From an uncultured delta proteobacterium (GTDB lineage Bacteria > Desulfobacterota > Desulfomonilia > Desulfomonilales > Desulfomonilaceae), in NCBI GenBank assembly GCA_963789265.1, contig CAWBKB010000003.1:352001-416000 (forward strand): a stretch of 64,000 bases of DNA. The letters are read 5' to 3'. Within the stretch, counting starts at the first letter, position 1, and every line of letters starts with the position of its first letter. Position numbers and translations under genes: made by a program. Under the pieces are notes generated by a model. The model searched no databases. It had not been told where the DNA came from and was given only the letters and a program-made list of their open reading frames with translations. Of the stretch, positions 51,407 to 62,951 are shown piece after piece.

Positions 51407-51907
51407 ATGTCATCTCGCTGCCTGATAAAGGGAATGACCGCAGCATTCGTTCTCCTCTTTCTCGCATCGGGCTGTGCACCAAGGATCGTCAGGCCCAATC
51501 CCGGGCCGGCACCCGGCTTTACTGGCCCGCAGGCTAGTGGACCAATGATGGAACAGGACGTGCAAATGGTGCAAACAACCCTCAAGCCCATATATTTTGA
51601 TTACGACAAATACATGCTTTCTCCGGAAGCGGAAGCCAACCTTCAGTATGACGCCGAAATTCTCAAGAGGGCCCCCCAGGTGTCAGTGGTCGCTGAAGGG
51701 AACTGCGACGAGCGCGGAACGGCCGAGTACAATCTGGCTCTGGGCGACCGTCGTGCCAGATCCGCGGTGGAATATCTCGCAACTCTCGGAATTGCCCCCA
51801 ATCGATTGTCAACTGTTTCTTACGGGTCGGAACTGCCTGTCGATCCGGGTCACAACGAAGAGGCCTGGGCGAAGAATCGGCGCGTCTATCTTCGGGTCTC
51901 CAGATAG
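51407..51907 (+). CDS. pal: Peptidoglycan-associated lipoprotein
   Basis: Lipobox ASGC; IYFDYD, EGNCDERGTAEYNLALG.RRA and AWAKNRR motifs. Confidence 0.95.
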   Translation: MSSRCLIKGMTAAFVLLFLASGCAPRIVRPNPGPAPGFTGPQASGPMMEQDVQMVQTTLKPIYFDYDKYMLSPEAEANLQYDAEILKRAPQVSVVAEGNCDERGTAEYNLALGDRRARSAVEYLATLGIAPNRLSTVSYGSELPVDPGHNEEAWAKNRRVYLRVSR

Positions 51908-52051
51908 TGTGTAGTTAGAATGCGGCTATCGGACATGCCTAATACGGATTCGCTTTCAAGCCGGTCACACTGCATTTCTGATGGGACAGTCCCGCCCGGG
52001 CGGGATTGTCTGTCGCCATACCCAAGAATGCGGTCCCGCGTGGAACGCGGG

Positions 52052-52951
52052 ATGCCCCACTTTATCCTGTGTGCCGTTGTCACTTGCCTGAAGGCACACT
52101 GGCACAATCCCTTGGGAAGTGGACGTATCGCCCTTTTCGGAGCGCTCGTTGTCTCGCTGATCTCTCTTTCAGGGTGCCTGACCAGGCCCGGCGGACCTAC
52201 CATGCCATATATCAGACCGGCCCAATCCGTGCCTGCCGTTGATGCTATTCCCCTTCGGCTCTCTTCCCGGTTGCAAGATATGGAAGTTGAAATGCAGCGA
52301 CTCAAGGAGATGATAGAGCGCCTCCAGGCGGCAGGGGGAAACCAAAACTCAATCAAGAATCTTCAGGAAAGGGTCAGCATCATCGAGCGACAACTTGGAA
52401 TAGAGCCTCCCAGGGACGCGGCCGCTACAAGTGCTCCAGCGCCTCCTCCACCTACAAATCCCCCCACCCAGGGGCAGCCGCGAACAACGGGACGCGTTCC
52501 GGCCAACCAGCAAATCCCGACTCCTCCATCGACCCAACCCGTCCCTGTTGAGATCAGCAACCCCCCGCTTCCCCCGGACGAGAAGGCCTACAAAGACGCC
52601 TACACCATGTTCAAGGGGAACTCTTTCGATAGTGCGGTGCTCCAATTCGAGGATTTTCTGAAGAAGTATCCCAAAAGCCAGTTTTGTGCTGATGCAGTGT
52701 ATTGGATCGGAGAGACCCGTTTCGCGCAGGGCCGGTTTGACGAAGCAGTTCTTCAGTTCGATCGGGTGATTAAAAATTTTCCGGGTTCCAAAAAGGAACT
52801 CAGCGCCTTGCTCAGGCAAGGTGAAGCTTTCGAAAAGTTGGGAGACGCTCGTTCAGCAAGGATTATTTTTCGAAAACTTATCAGTGACCATCCTCACACG
52901 GCGCAAGCCCGTATAGCCGGCAGTAGGCTCAAATCGCTGCCTGCGGAATAG
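52052..52951 (+). CDS. cpoB: Tol-pal system protein CpoB/YbgF
   Basis: Coiled coil, Pro-rich linker, TPRs (AVYWIGE); follows pal; start uncertain. Confidence 0.88.
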   Translation: MPHFILCAVVTCLKAHWHNPLGSGRIALFGALVVSLISLSGCLTRPGGPTMPYIRPAQSVPAVDAIPLRLSSRLQDMEVEMQRLKEMIERLQAAGGNQNSIKNLQERVSIIERQLGIEPPRDAAATSAPAPPPPTNPPTQGQPRTTGRVPANQQIPTPPSTQPVPVEISNPPLPPDEKAYKDAYTMFKGNSFDSAVLQFEDFLKKYPKSQFCADAVYWIGETRFAQGRFDEAVLQFDRVIKNFPGSKKELSALLRQGEAFEKLGDARSARIIFRKLISDHPHTAQARIAGSRLKSLPAE

Positions 52952-53287
52952 ATTCAAGACCCAACTTTACCGGGCTGTCACGCAGACCATTTCGATTTCA
53001 AGTAATTAATACAAATCCCCCTTTCCCCTTTACTCAAGGGAGTGTACGGGGATTTTGAAAGCGTGATGGTGTCAGATCATTGCAACGACAAAGAATTCTT
53101 GCCGTTTCTCACGAACGACCCCTGGCCTCTCGGTTCGGTTGCCTGACGAGGAACGTCCGCCCCCCCCCATTTACCGGGATGCCAAGACCAAATATGTCCG
53201 AAACTTCCGCCTTATAGGCCCCAGTTGCAGGTCGGACTCGCGTCGAGCCTATTGAACGCCGGATGGATATCCTGACGGGCCTCTCCG

Positions 53288-54004
53288 TTACTGCTGCGCG
53301 CCGGTTGGATATGCCTGTGGAAGAGCAGGTTGTTGCGCTACGCCCTGATAGGACTGAGGGGCTGGCTGATAAGCGGACTGCGCCGGATATTGCTGGGGTT
53401 GGGGAGAAGCCTGATAATATTGGGCTCCCCCCTGGTATTGCTGAGGGTTAGCTTGGTATTGCTGAGGGTTAGCTTGGTATTGCTGAGGGTTAGCTTGGTA
53501 TTGCTGAGGGTTAGCTTGGTATTGCTGAGGGTTAGCTTGGTATTGCTGAGGGTTAGCTTGGTATTGCTGAGGGTTAGCTTGGTATTGCTGAGGGTTAGCT
53601 TGGTATTGCTGAGGCGCTCCCCCGTAAGCGGGTTGAGCCGGCTGGGTGACGCTCTGGCCGTAAGCCCCCTGTGGAACCTGCTGCGGATAATATGAGACGG
53701 TAGGCTGTGGAGTCGGCGACATCCCGGGCGAGGCTGCACCCATTGGGCTGTACCCCTGAGTGCTCGCCGGGTTCGTCGGATTTGCCTGCCGGCCTTGCTG
53801 CTGATTAGTCTGGTTTCCCGACCAGAAGGGGTTGAACGTATAGCCGGGGTTGCCTGTCCACCAAGCCCGGAAATCACCGAGAACAGAGTTGTCTATGGCG
53901 TCTCTGCTAGCCGAGCCCGAAAACAGATAATCAAGGAATCCATAACTTGGGACGGTCGAAGCTACCAGAAAAAGGAGCATCCCCAACAGTGCGTACTTTT
54001 TCAT
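53288..54004 (-). CDS. Secreted Q/Y/P-rich low-complexity protein
   Basis: Signal peptide; AAGGAAGG RBS; QQYQANP x8. Confidence 0.8.
   Translation of the reverse strand: MKKYALLGMLLFLVASTVPSYGFLDYLFSGSASRDAIDNSVLGDFRAWWTGNPGYTFNPFWSGNQTNQQQGRQANPTNPASTQGYSPMGAASPGMSPTPQPTVSYYPQQVPQGAYGQSVTQPAQPAYGGAPQQYQANPQQYQANPQQYQANPQQYQANPQQYQANPQQYQANPQQYQANPQQYQANPQQYQGGAQYYQASPQPQQYPAQSAYQPAPQSYQGVAQQPALPQAYPTGAQQ
53433..53614. repeat. Perfect 21-bp tandem repeat, 8 copies plus a partial copy
   Basis: Unit TGGTATTGCTGAGGGTTAGCT. Confidence 0.97.
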
Positions 54005-54255
54005 GACAAGCCCTTCCTTTAAACAATTTAAACCAATAATTACCGATCAATCATATCGCGGCTGGAACAATCCGTCAAGATCTCAAATGTAATCGGCTAT
54101 TTTTGAAGTAGGGATAAGAAAAGAAGTGCGACTGCCAGAGACTTGATCAAATGAAGGCAAATGCAGCAATGATACCGGCTACGTCGAAGCAGTCCCGATT
54201 GGGGAGACAAAGTCCACGAGTCGATCGACCTACTTAAGGATGAAAAGGGCAAAGG

Positions 54256-55642
54256 TCACTGGAAACTCGTCAGCTCGGTTCGGACTGGTCGGCGGGTCAA
54301 CATTACTCCGTCCAGCGAATGCATCCGCTCGTGAGCAACTGTCATGAAACGGCCTCGCAATGGGGCTTGAACCTTGCGAAGACTCTTAACCAGCTTGTTT
54401 GGGGAAGGCGGAGGGCGGTGATGCCCTTTCACCAGCCACTCAAAATGGAGATGAGGCCCGGTTGCCAAGCCGGTTTGGCCAACGAGGCCTATCTTCTCGT
54501 CCTGCTTCACGTGCTGCCCCTTTTGCACACTGATACGGCTCAGGTGCCCATAGCGGCTCTCACGGCCATTATCGTGCTTCACAAACACGTAGTTCCCCAA
54601 CTGGTAGTGCCGACCGGCGGCGGTGACCACGCCGTTAGCAACGCACCGGACCGGCGTTCCAACAGGAGCGGCAAAGTCTACACCTTTGTGGTTTTTCCAT
54701 TGACCCAGAATGGGGTGCATACGAAAGCCGTACGGGGAGCTGATCCGCAAACGATAGCCGCCCAGGGGTGATCTCAGGAAATCCTTCTTTAATTCCGTGC
54801 CATCTTCATCATAATATTGGCCGTTGAAGAGAATTGCCGTCTTCCTCTTTGTTTTCTTTCCTTCGTAGACAGCGCAGAGGATACGGCCATAGCCTGACGG
54901 GCGGTCATCAGCATATCGTCTCTCAAAGAGAACCTTACATGTGTCACCCCATACGGCGTCAGACTGAAAGTTAATGTCCCAACGGAATATTGTCGCCAAT
55001 TTCGTGGCTAATTCTTTTCCCTCACCAACGCTGCGAAGGGATTTTCTCGAGGTCCCCTTTGAGCCGGAAAGTTACGCTCTCAACCTTGAAGTCGAGCACA
55101 ACATCTTCTTTCCAGGAGTGAATTTCATTGCCCTTCCGAACGGCATGAAAAACCTTGTCTGGAGCCAATTCCAAAGTGGCCTTTAGGAAGCGGCCCTGGC
55201 CGTCAACAATTATGTCGTAGCTCTTTCCGGGCCTGAGCACTGTGAAACCGTCAAAAGGCAAATCAGAGTTTGAGCGAATGACAGAGACCATGCTTGCCAC
55301 TACGCGCTTGCATTCCGATTCGTCAGTCAAATTGTCGTTCAATAGAGAGAAAAGGGTATCACCCCGGCCGGTGATTTCTGCAATCTCCTGGCAACCGCTT
55401 CTGGTTTGATCCGAGGCTTCATTATTGATGGGGTACGGGTACGATTTCTTGTCAATGCTAATTGGTTCAGAGGGAAGATTGCACGATAACTGCGCGTTTC
55501 CGTGGCTGTCTGGCGGAAGACAAAAGTATCCCCCTGCGGCAACTACCCCTAGCAGAACAACGAATAAAATCAATGCCGTTCTTCCAGAGGACCGCGGCTG
55601 GCGCCCATAATTCAAGTTGGCAGAGTGATGATTTAGTCGCAC
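54256..55642 (-). CDS. M23 family metallopeptidase (MepM/NlpD-like); apparent 1-nt frameshift near 55044
   Basis: HKGVDFAAP, YGHLS and GLATGPHLHFE motifs; removing one A gives LEKSLRSVGEGKELATKLATIF. Confidence 0.85.
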
Positions 55643-55878
55643 AGCCTCTTATCCACACCTCTAGTCAGCAAAATCTAGCACCTATCAAAATATCAATCAA
55701 CGCCTAATTATAGCATTTCATGAATAAGACGTCTAAACTTTTCTTGTTGTAGGAACATTTCAAAGATCGGAGTGTCGGGTACTATCACCAAGGGTTACGG
55801 GAATTATCAGCCGTTGTGGTTCATGGGCACATAGCCGCGAAGCGGACGGCCCCTGGCGTCCGGAAGGGAAAGGTCGCC

Positions 55879-56163
55879 ATGAAAGCGGACAATAAAGTAT
55901 GGTTGGACGAGTACGCGGTGAACTGTAGAGTATTTAAGGGAAGGTGGAATATTCGGCATTGCATGAGGATGTATAACGATATAAAAGATCTCAAGATTCA
56001 CATGTCGTCGCGGGCTAAGGGAAAAGTAACGCGTTATGAGTCGGCCTACAACCCATGTGAACGGTGCAAAGTGCTAACACGTTACATAAGCAGCCTCCAT
56101 GAGGAACAGGAACGTTATAGCACTACTGACGAAAGTCCTTACAAGGAAGTGTGGGCCTCTTAG
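55879..56163 (+). CDS. Small 4-Cys protein, paralog of 43979-44188
   Basis: WLDEYAVNCRVFKGRWNIRHC...PCERC; purine-rich RBS. Confidence 0.7.
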   Translation: MKADNKVWLDEYAVNCRVFKGRWNIRHCMRMYNDIKDLKIHMSSRAKGKVTRYESAYNPCERCKVLTRYISSLHEEQERYSTTDESPYKEVWAS

Positions 56164-56201
56164 GATGAGAAAGCGGCAGTTTTGAAACAACTGCTGTCCA
56201 G

Positions 56202-59200
56202 TTACGGTATTTTCCTTTGCATGCCTTGTTGCAGCGCGCGACGAACTTGTATTATACTGTCCCAGCGCTTCGCGGGGTCTTTTTCGAGGCATCCCAGGAT
56301 TATAGGTTCCAGCCAATCCGGAACAGTCGGGTCGATCAACCTTGGGGGAGCAGCAAATATTTTGGTGTGCTGGAATTTGTAATCCTCGAAGGAAGGACCC
56401 TCGAAGGGGAACTCGCCCGTAGCCGCAAAGTAGATAACAATCCCCAGCGAATAAATGTCGGCGGATCTCTCCCTGATAGTACCCACTTTCGAGCGGAAGA
56501 ACTCAGGAGGCATGGAGACAGGATTCATTCCCGGATCTTGCCATCTGGGCTGTCGACCCCGAGTCAGGTTTCGGAATATTTGCGAATACCCGATCCCCAC
56601 CAAGTAGCACCATGAAAGATCGCGGCTCAGAACTATGTTGGACGGGTGCAGATGCAGGTGAAAGGTTCTCCGCAACTGACCGTCGATTCCTTTGTAGTTA
56701 TGGGCATACTCCAGAGCGTCAATCACTTTCGCAATAAGTTCTATCCTCTGCGCCGGTTCCGGCCTTTTTTCAGACTGCATCACCTTTTCCAGGGTGAGGG
56801 CAGCGAACGGGTGAATTAAGCCGCTAACCCCGTTAGGGGCGGTAACGACTTCCAGGATAGGCAGGATGTTCTCGTGGGCCATATTGAAACCGATGTTTGT
56901 GACTTCGTTCAAGAACTCCTTCAAAGTTGGTGGGTCAAGCAAATCATTTCTGAAAAGCCTCATCAAAAAATGCCGACCCGTATTTATCTGAATGACCACA
57001 TGCAGATCTCCCCAGCCGTCACTCATAAGAGGTTCCATTTTCTGGTAAGCGAGAGATCCCGATGTTGGGCGGAATAATTCCTCTTGGGCGAATTCCATTA
57101 AGGGTCTCTTGGAGTAACCGGACACAAAGGTGGTCACAGCCTTTTCATCAAAGGACGTGTCCGCATCTTCCAAATCAATTGTCTGAATGGAAGCGCTGGG
57201 CCCTAAAGAGTCTCTCGGCGGCCGGTCGAGCCCCAATCCGGATTCCTCCATGCCCTTTGCGGATGATTCTTTTGCCGGAGGAGCAGCGGTGAACTCCCCG
57301 GCATCGCCAGGTGCAAGTTTCTTTTTCACTGCTGACAGTGTAATCTAATTTCTGGTCTTCCCTTCTCTTCACCGCCGACGTTGCTCCGGCTCTTACATCC
57401 GAATTTGGTGAGTTATCGGACCTTGTCGGCGATACGACCTTGCTGCGCGCTTCTCTCGCGGAGCCCAACGCGGCCGATTGTCCCAGCGTCCTCAGATAAG
57501 TTAGTATTCGAACTTCATCCGGCCTTTCCTTGACGGCTATCTCCAATATTTCTTTGGCCTCCGGTCCCACAATTTTCCTTTGCACAATTTCGAGAGCCGT
57601 CCTCACGATAAGCGAGGCACCGCCATTTTCGAGGATTTGCCGCAGGAGCCCATGCTCTGTGGCCATCGATGCCACTCGTTCGCACAGTTCGTGATCGTCG
57701 GGCGTTTGCTTGATCAGAACGAGTAAGTGATGGAAACTTTTTCCATATTCTTTGCGATTTTCATAGGCCGCGGCCAATGCAGTGCGGATGATTGCATTGT
57801 GAGGTTCGTATTTGACGAGCTTCTCAAACAACCACACGGCCTCATCATTATGGACCCCCCGTTTGATTAATTGTTTTAATACCTTGGCATTCAGGGCGCG
57901 ATTGCCTTCTTTGATCGTCTGCTCTATCAGGTTGTTGTCGATTATGCATTGGGCCAAGTCCGTCAAGTAATCCTGATTTTCCCCGTCAATCTCATGGAGA
58001 AGTCGCAACTTTCCTATGTATTTGTCGAGGTCTCCCCTAGTCAGATACACGGTACTAAGCATCCTGTTGATTCCGACTGCATTAGGCTGGAATTCCAGGA
58101 CTTTTTCATAGGCTGCCACCGCGTCCGGAGTCACCTCCGACCTGGCCAAGAATATTTGCGCGATTTTCTTGATGATTAACGGGTTTCCTTCCGTCAAGGC
58201 GTCTTGCACGCGTTTATTCTCAACGTAAATCTTGGCTGCTTCTTCGATGTATTCTTCCGATTGCCCTTTATCTAGTTGGTGCAGCATCGTGAGTTCGCTG
58301 ACTGCACGTCGAAAATCTCCGTCCCGATTATAGATGTCGGCAAGAACTCGATGGATTCTCGGGTCTCGCCGGTCATATTCCAGTGACTTAAGGTAAATCC
58401 GTCCAGCCCCGGGAGTCTTGACCTGATCGTCAAGAAATTCCCTGCATACTCCGGCGATCAAGTTCTTATGATTCGATTCAATCGCCAGATCGGTCCGGCC
58501 CTCGGCTATCAGCAAACTCACAACCTCAGGGATGACTCCCGATCCCGCCGTGCCGAACTTCTCCAATTCAATAGCGTGATTAATCAGTTTTTTTGGCTCT
58601 CTGATCTTGCGATATATGTCGAAGAGCTTTTGATGAATCTCATACCGCTGGTCCTCGTCGGACTGAGTCTCCAATAACAACTCGTAGATTTCCGCGGCTT
58701 CAGGCTCCCTTCCTAGGGCCACCATCAGTTCCGCGCCAATGCTATAGTCCTTGTAGCCCTTGAGCCCTCCTAGAGACCGCATCGTTTCCCAGGCTCCGGC
58801 CGCTTCGCGGATTTCGTCCGTCTTTTGGTAACAAACAGTCAGCCTGCGGTAGACGTCCGGCGATCGGACCGCTCCACCTTGCAAGTTGATGTAACGATTG
58901 AAGGCCTTGATTGCCTGCTCGTAATCCCCCGATCGGTAAAGTTCCTCGCCAAGTTTGATCGCGGCTGGAATGGACGCTGTGCGCTGCTCTGCATCCTTCA
59001 TTCTCCTTTGCTTGATGACAAAGAAGGCGATTACGGCACCAATTACGACAACGAGGACCACGAGACCCAGCATCCAGTTCATTGAAACATGTTCGGCCGG
59101 CGGATGCCACGGCACAGTGTATTCTTTGGGTACGTAACCGACCCTTTTGTCAGCTAGTCGGACTCCGACGAATCCGTCTTGCGCGCCTGTGGACTCCAGG

Positions 59201-59397
59201 ACGTCGTCGTGAAGCGCAATAGCCAGGACCTCCGATCCAAACCTCGGTTGAGCGTAGACTTGAACAGAGAGCCGGTCAGGCGCTACAATCTTCACAGCGT
59301 TCGGAAATTCTTGTGCGGTTGCCAGGAAATGTGGGAGGAGGCAAAGGGAACAGATGAGGAGGACCAGGATCTTCACCTTGGTAAGAAACCGTTTCAA
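56202..59397 (-). CDS. SH3-like / TM / TPR / Ser-Thr kinase-like fusion protein; apparent frameshift near 57325
   Basis: Signal peptide, SH3b-like domain, TM helix, TPR array; kinase C-lobe HENIL, MPPE, ADIYSLG, TGEFPF and CLEKDP.KR. Confidence 0.75.
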
Positions 59398-59538
59398 AGA
59401 TATTCCCTCATGTTGGAATGGTGGCGACAGGGTGATTGTTTCATAAGTGTTGATAGTTTAACATGAAGAACTGCCACGAGCAAACTTAAAGCTCAAGACT
59501 TCATGTGGCTGAATTCAATTCGGAGTGATGAAGAACTT

Positions 59539-60690
59539 ATGAATACAGCATTGGATTTTGAGCAGGGGCCTATTAGGCCCCCAAGCGAAGCAGGGAGCCT
59601 GCTCATACGAGTTACGCGGAACTGTCCATGGAACCGATGCGTCTTTTGTAGCACTTACAAGGGCAAAAAATTTTCTCGCAGGAGCCTCGAGGAAGTCAAG
59701 GCTGATGTCGACAGGGCTAAGGCCGTTATGGATGAGATCGGGGAGTTATCCTGGAGAATTGGAGAGGGAGGCAAACTGTCCCAGCGTGCTTTGACGAGTA
59801 TATTGAGAGACGGGAATCTGCCTGACTCGTTTCGTTCAGTGGCACTGTGGATGGCTTCAGGAGGCGAGGCTGTTTTTCTCCAAGACGCCAATTCGCTCAT
59901 GCTTTCAACCGACTCTCTTATCTCCATTCTAAACCACATTCGGCAAACCTTTCCGCAAGTTCAACGAGTGACTTCGTACGCTCGCGCGGCGACTTTAAAG
60001 GGAAAATCGGTAGCTGAATTCGCACGCCTCGGGGCAGCCGGCTTATCGAGACTTCATGTGGGGATGGAATCCGGGTCCGACCGAGTCTTGAAAATGATCG
60101 ACAAAGGGGCCCGTTCCGAACAGATAGTGGCGGGCGGAAAGCAAGCGGTTGAAGGTGGCTTGTCGGTCTGCTTTTACGTCATGCCCGGGATAGGCGGGGT
60201 TGAATTATCTGAGGAGAATGCGCTGGAATCCGCCCGAGTGATCAATGCCGTCAATCCGGGCTTCGTAAGGTTCCGCTCCCTATATGTCAGACGAGGGACG
60301 CCCTTAATGGAGATGGTGAAAAACGGTAGCTTCCGGCCCCCCGATGAAGATCAGATGGTAAGCGAAATCAGGATGCTGATCCAGAATCTGGAAGGCATAT
60401 CCGCTCGGCTTGTCAGCGATCACGTCCTCAACCTTCTCGAGGAAGTCGAAGGCGTTTTGCCCGAGGACAAGCGCCGCATACTCGATATCATTGATCGCTA
60501 TCTCTCTCTCCCGGAAGAAGAGAGGCTGCTCTTCCAACTGGGGCGACGAGGAGGTGCAATCCGATATCTTGACGATTTGGATGAGCCGGTAATGCGGGCT
60601 CGTCTGAAAGAAGCAATGCGACAGATAGACGGCGAAGTCAGCGGCGGTGTGCTAAGCTATATCCAGGCGATTAAGCAGCGGTTTGTGTGA
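59539..60690 (+). CDS. Radical SAM protein
   Basis: GPIRPPSEA.SLLIR.TRNCPWNRCVFC, FLQDAN and GMESG motifs. Confidence 0.9.
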   Translation: MNTALDFEQGPIRPPSEAGSLLIRVTRNCPWNRCVFCSTYKGKKFSRRSLEEVKADVDRAKAVMDEIGELSWRIGEGGKLSQRALTSILRDGNLPDSFRSVALWMASGGEAVFLQDANSLMLSTDSLISILNHIRQTFPQVQRVTSYARAATLKGKSVAEFARLGAAGLSRLHVGMESGSDRVLKMIDKGARSEQIVAGGKQAVEGGLSVCFYVMPGIGGVELSEENALESARVINAVNPGFVRFRSLYVRRGTPLMEMVKNGSFRPPDEDQMVSEIRMLIQNLEGISARLVSDHVLNLLEEVEGVLPEDKRRILDIIDRYLSLPEEERLLFQLGRRGGAIRYLDDLDEPVMRARLKEAMRQIDGEVSGGVLSYIQAIKQRFV

Positions 60691-60903
60691 GTTGCCGAGC
60701 CGTTCAGCACGGTTGCTCGAAATGGTGCCCTTTTAGCAATGCTGTCGTAAACCTTGACCAGTCAGCGTGAGAGAACTTCCGTAGGCCCGACTTATGCCTC
60801 TTAAACCAAAGAGGAAGAAACTCTCTTTTGCCAAGAGTTTCCTCCTTCATTGCAATGGGGATGGCGCGCCGTCTTGACTTGAGCCCGCCACAGCACCGGC
60901 CGA

Positions 60904-62217
60904 CTATTTTGCCAACGAAGCAGTAGAAGGCAATTTGGTCGGTTTCTCCATTTTGAGCTGTTTCACTGTAACGTCTGATTTAATCCATTGCAAAGCCTTC
61001 CTGAGGACCGGATCGGTTTTGGGATCCGGTGTCTCATGCAGGAACTTGTTATGTTTGCCTTTCTTCTTATTTTCCGGCTTTGCCTCTTCTGCGGCTTCCT
61101 GTTCCCGCTGCTTCTTTACTTCCTGTTTCATGTCCACGTCGGGAACAATGCCGGTCTTCTGAATGTGGCGCCCCTTAGGGGTGTAATAGTACGCGGTCGT
61201 AAGTCTCAGTCCCGTTTTGCTGTCCAGGGGTATAATAGTCTGAACTGACGCCTTGCCAAACGATTTAGTCCCGAAAATGGCTGCCCGGTCGTGATCTTGC
61301 AAGGCCCCGGCCACGATCTCCGAGGCGCTGGCGCTACCTTCATTTATCAGCACCGCCATCCTAAACTTATAATGTTTTCCGGTCCTAGTGGCCTTGAATT
61401 CCATTTGCTGGTCCTTCGACCTGCCATCGGTATAAACGATTAAGTCTCCCTTTTCCAAGAAGAGATTCGCAACTTTCCAGGCTTGATCAAGAAGGCCGCC
61501 GGGGTTGTTCCGCAAATCCAACACCATTCCCTTGATCTTTGCGTCTCCCCCCATCTCCTTAAGAGCGTTGCCCAAATCCGTGTCGGTGCTCTCCTGAAAG
61601 CTGGCGATCCTGACATAGGGATACCCGGGCTCGAGCATCTGGGTCTTCACTGAGTGCACGTGGATGATGGCTCGCTCGAAGGTGTAATCCTTGAATTCTC
61701 TGAACCCTTCTCGCATGACCGTCAGAGTAACCTTGGTTCCCGGGCGTCCCCTCATCTGCTTTACTGCTTTGAGCAAAGTAATGTTCTTCGTGGTCTCACC
61801 GTCGATTTTGAGGATCTTATCCCCGGGTTTTAGGCCGGCCTTGTATGCGGGCGTGTCTTCGATCGGAGAAACGATCGTCAAGATGCCGTTTTCAAGGGTG
61901 ATCTCGATCCCCAGCCCTCCGAATTCTCCTTTGGTTTCGACTTGGAGTTCCTTAAACATCTCTTCGTTCAGATACTGGGAGTGGGGGTCCAGAGACTGGA
62001 GCATGCCGTTGATGGCTCCCTGAATGAGGTCTTTATCCGAAACGTCCTTGACATAGTGTTTTTGAACGATTCCCATGACGTCTCGGAAGAGCTTCAGCTC
62101 TTTATAGTCCGGGGATTTGGTAGCGCTCTCCGCCGGAAGCGTTTGTGCCGGCAAGAAAGTGGCTCCAATAATAGCCAGTATGAGAAGCGCAGATCTAATT
62201 GTTTTGTTGATTGTCAT
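60904..62217 (-). CDS. ctpA: S41 family carboxy-terminal processing protease
   Basis: LDPHS, GLGIEI PDZ domain, DLRNNPGG, SASASEIVAGALQD and SFGKASVQ motifs. Confidence 0.95.
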   Translation of the reverse strand: MTINKTIRSALLILAIIGATFLPAQTLPAESATKSPDYKELKLFRDVMGIVQKHYVKDVSDKDLIQGAINGMLQSLDPHSQYLNEEMFKELQVETKGEFGGLGIEITLENGILTIVSPIEDTPAYKAGLKPGDKILKIDGETTKNITLLKAVKQMRGRPGTKVTLTVMREGFREFKDYTFERAIIHVHSVKTQMLEPGYPYVRIASFQESTDTDLGNALKEMGGDAKIKGMVLDLRNNPGGLLDQAWKVANLFLEKGDLIVYTDGRSKDQQMEFKATRTGKHYKFRMAVLINEGSASASEIVAGALQDHDRAAIFGTKSFGKASVQTIIPLDSKTGLRLTTAYYYTPKGRHIQKTGIVPDVDMKQEVKKQREQEAAEEAKPENKKKGKHNKFLHETPDPKTDPVLRKALQWIKSDVTVKQLKMEKPTKLPSTASLAK

Positions 62218-62341
62218 GGGAAATCCTCATCCGCTGCGTGTTACGAAGGTTTCCAAGAAAAGCCTCCATTGTGAAAGAGTTGAATGCTATCATACGTTAT
62301 CGGGTGTCACAAGTGAAGACGTCCACTTCTGAGGAACAAAA

Positions 62342-62857
62342 ATGAATGGCAAGACTTATAGAGTTGATCCCCGCATGGTCACGCCTGTCGCTTTGGCGAT
62401 GGCATTGGGGGCCTGCCTCTTGATCATGGAGGGAACAACCAGGAGAGGGTTCCTGTTGCTTTTGCTGCTCTCACCATTCTTTTATTTGGGAGCCGAGATC
62501 CTCGCAAGAAAGATAGTTGTGGACACGACAGGCATCACCGTATCGAAGCTCTTCCGATCTGTCGGCGTAGAGTGGTCGGAGATCCAATCCTTGGATGCAA
62601 TTCGATCGGGCAATAAGCTGTTTCTCATCGTTCAACGCGAGGAAGGAGGGCCCGTGATAATCACGAACACGATACGACCGTTTTCCGACCTCGTCTCCTC
62701 GCTGGTGGACGTGGTGCCCTCTGGGAAGGTGTCATCGCAGGTTCGAGACTTACTCACAGATTCTCCCTCCAAGTTCGGGCCCGTAGTCCAAGCGTGGCTG
62801 GTTTGTCTGGTTTTCATTGCTCTAGTGGCCGGCAAACTTCTTGGTTACGGACAATGA
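62342..62857 (+). CDS. Membrane protein with a bacterial PH-like domain
   Basis: Two TM helices, GITV..LFR...VEWSEI, C-terminal TM helix. Confidence 0.7.
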   Translation: MNGKTYRVDPRMVTPVALAMALGACLLIMEGTTRRGFLLLLLLSPFFYLGAEILARKIVVDTTGITVSKLFRSVGVEWSEIQSLDAIRSGNKLFLIVQREEGGPVIITNTIRPFSDLVSSLVDVVPSGKVSSQVRDLLTDSPSKFGPVVQAWLVCLVFIALVAGKLLGYGQ

Positions 62858-62951
62858 TCTGACAACCACACAAAGAGCTTGACTCCTGCGACGCACAGGG
62901 TTAAGGTCCCGGCCCGATGCAACACCGAGGCTAGCATAAGGGAAGGACGAG

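Noticed and set aside
53433..53614. Possible CRISPR array
   Set aside because: Units are contiguous with no spacers, are a multiple of 3, lie inside a CDS, and no cas genes are present
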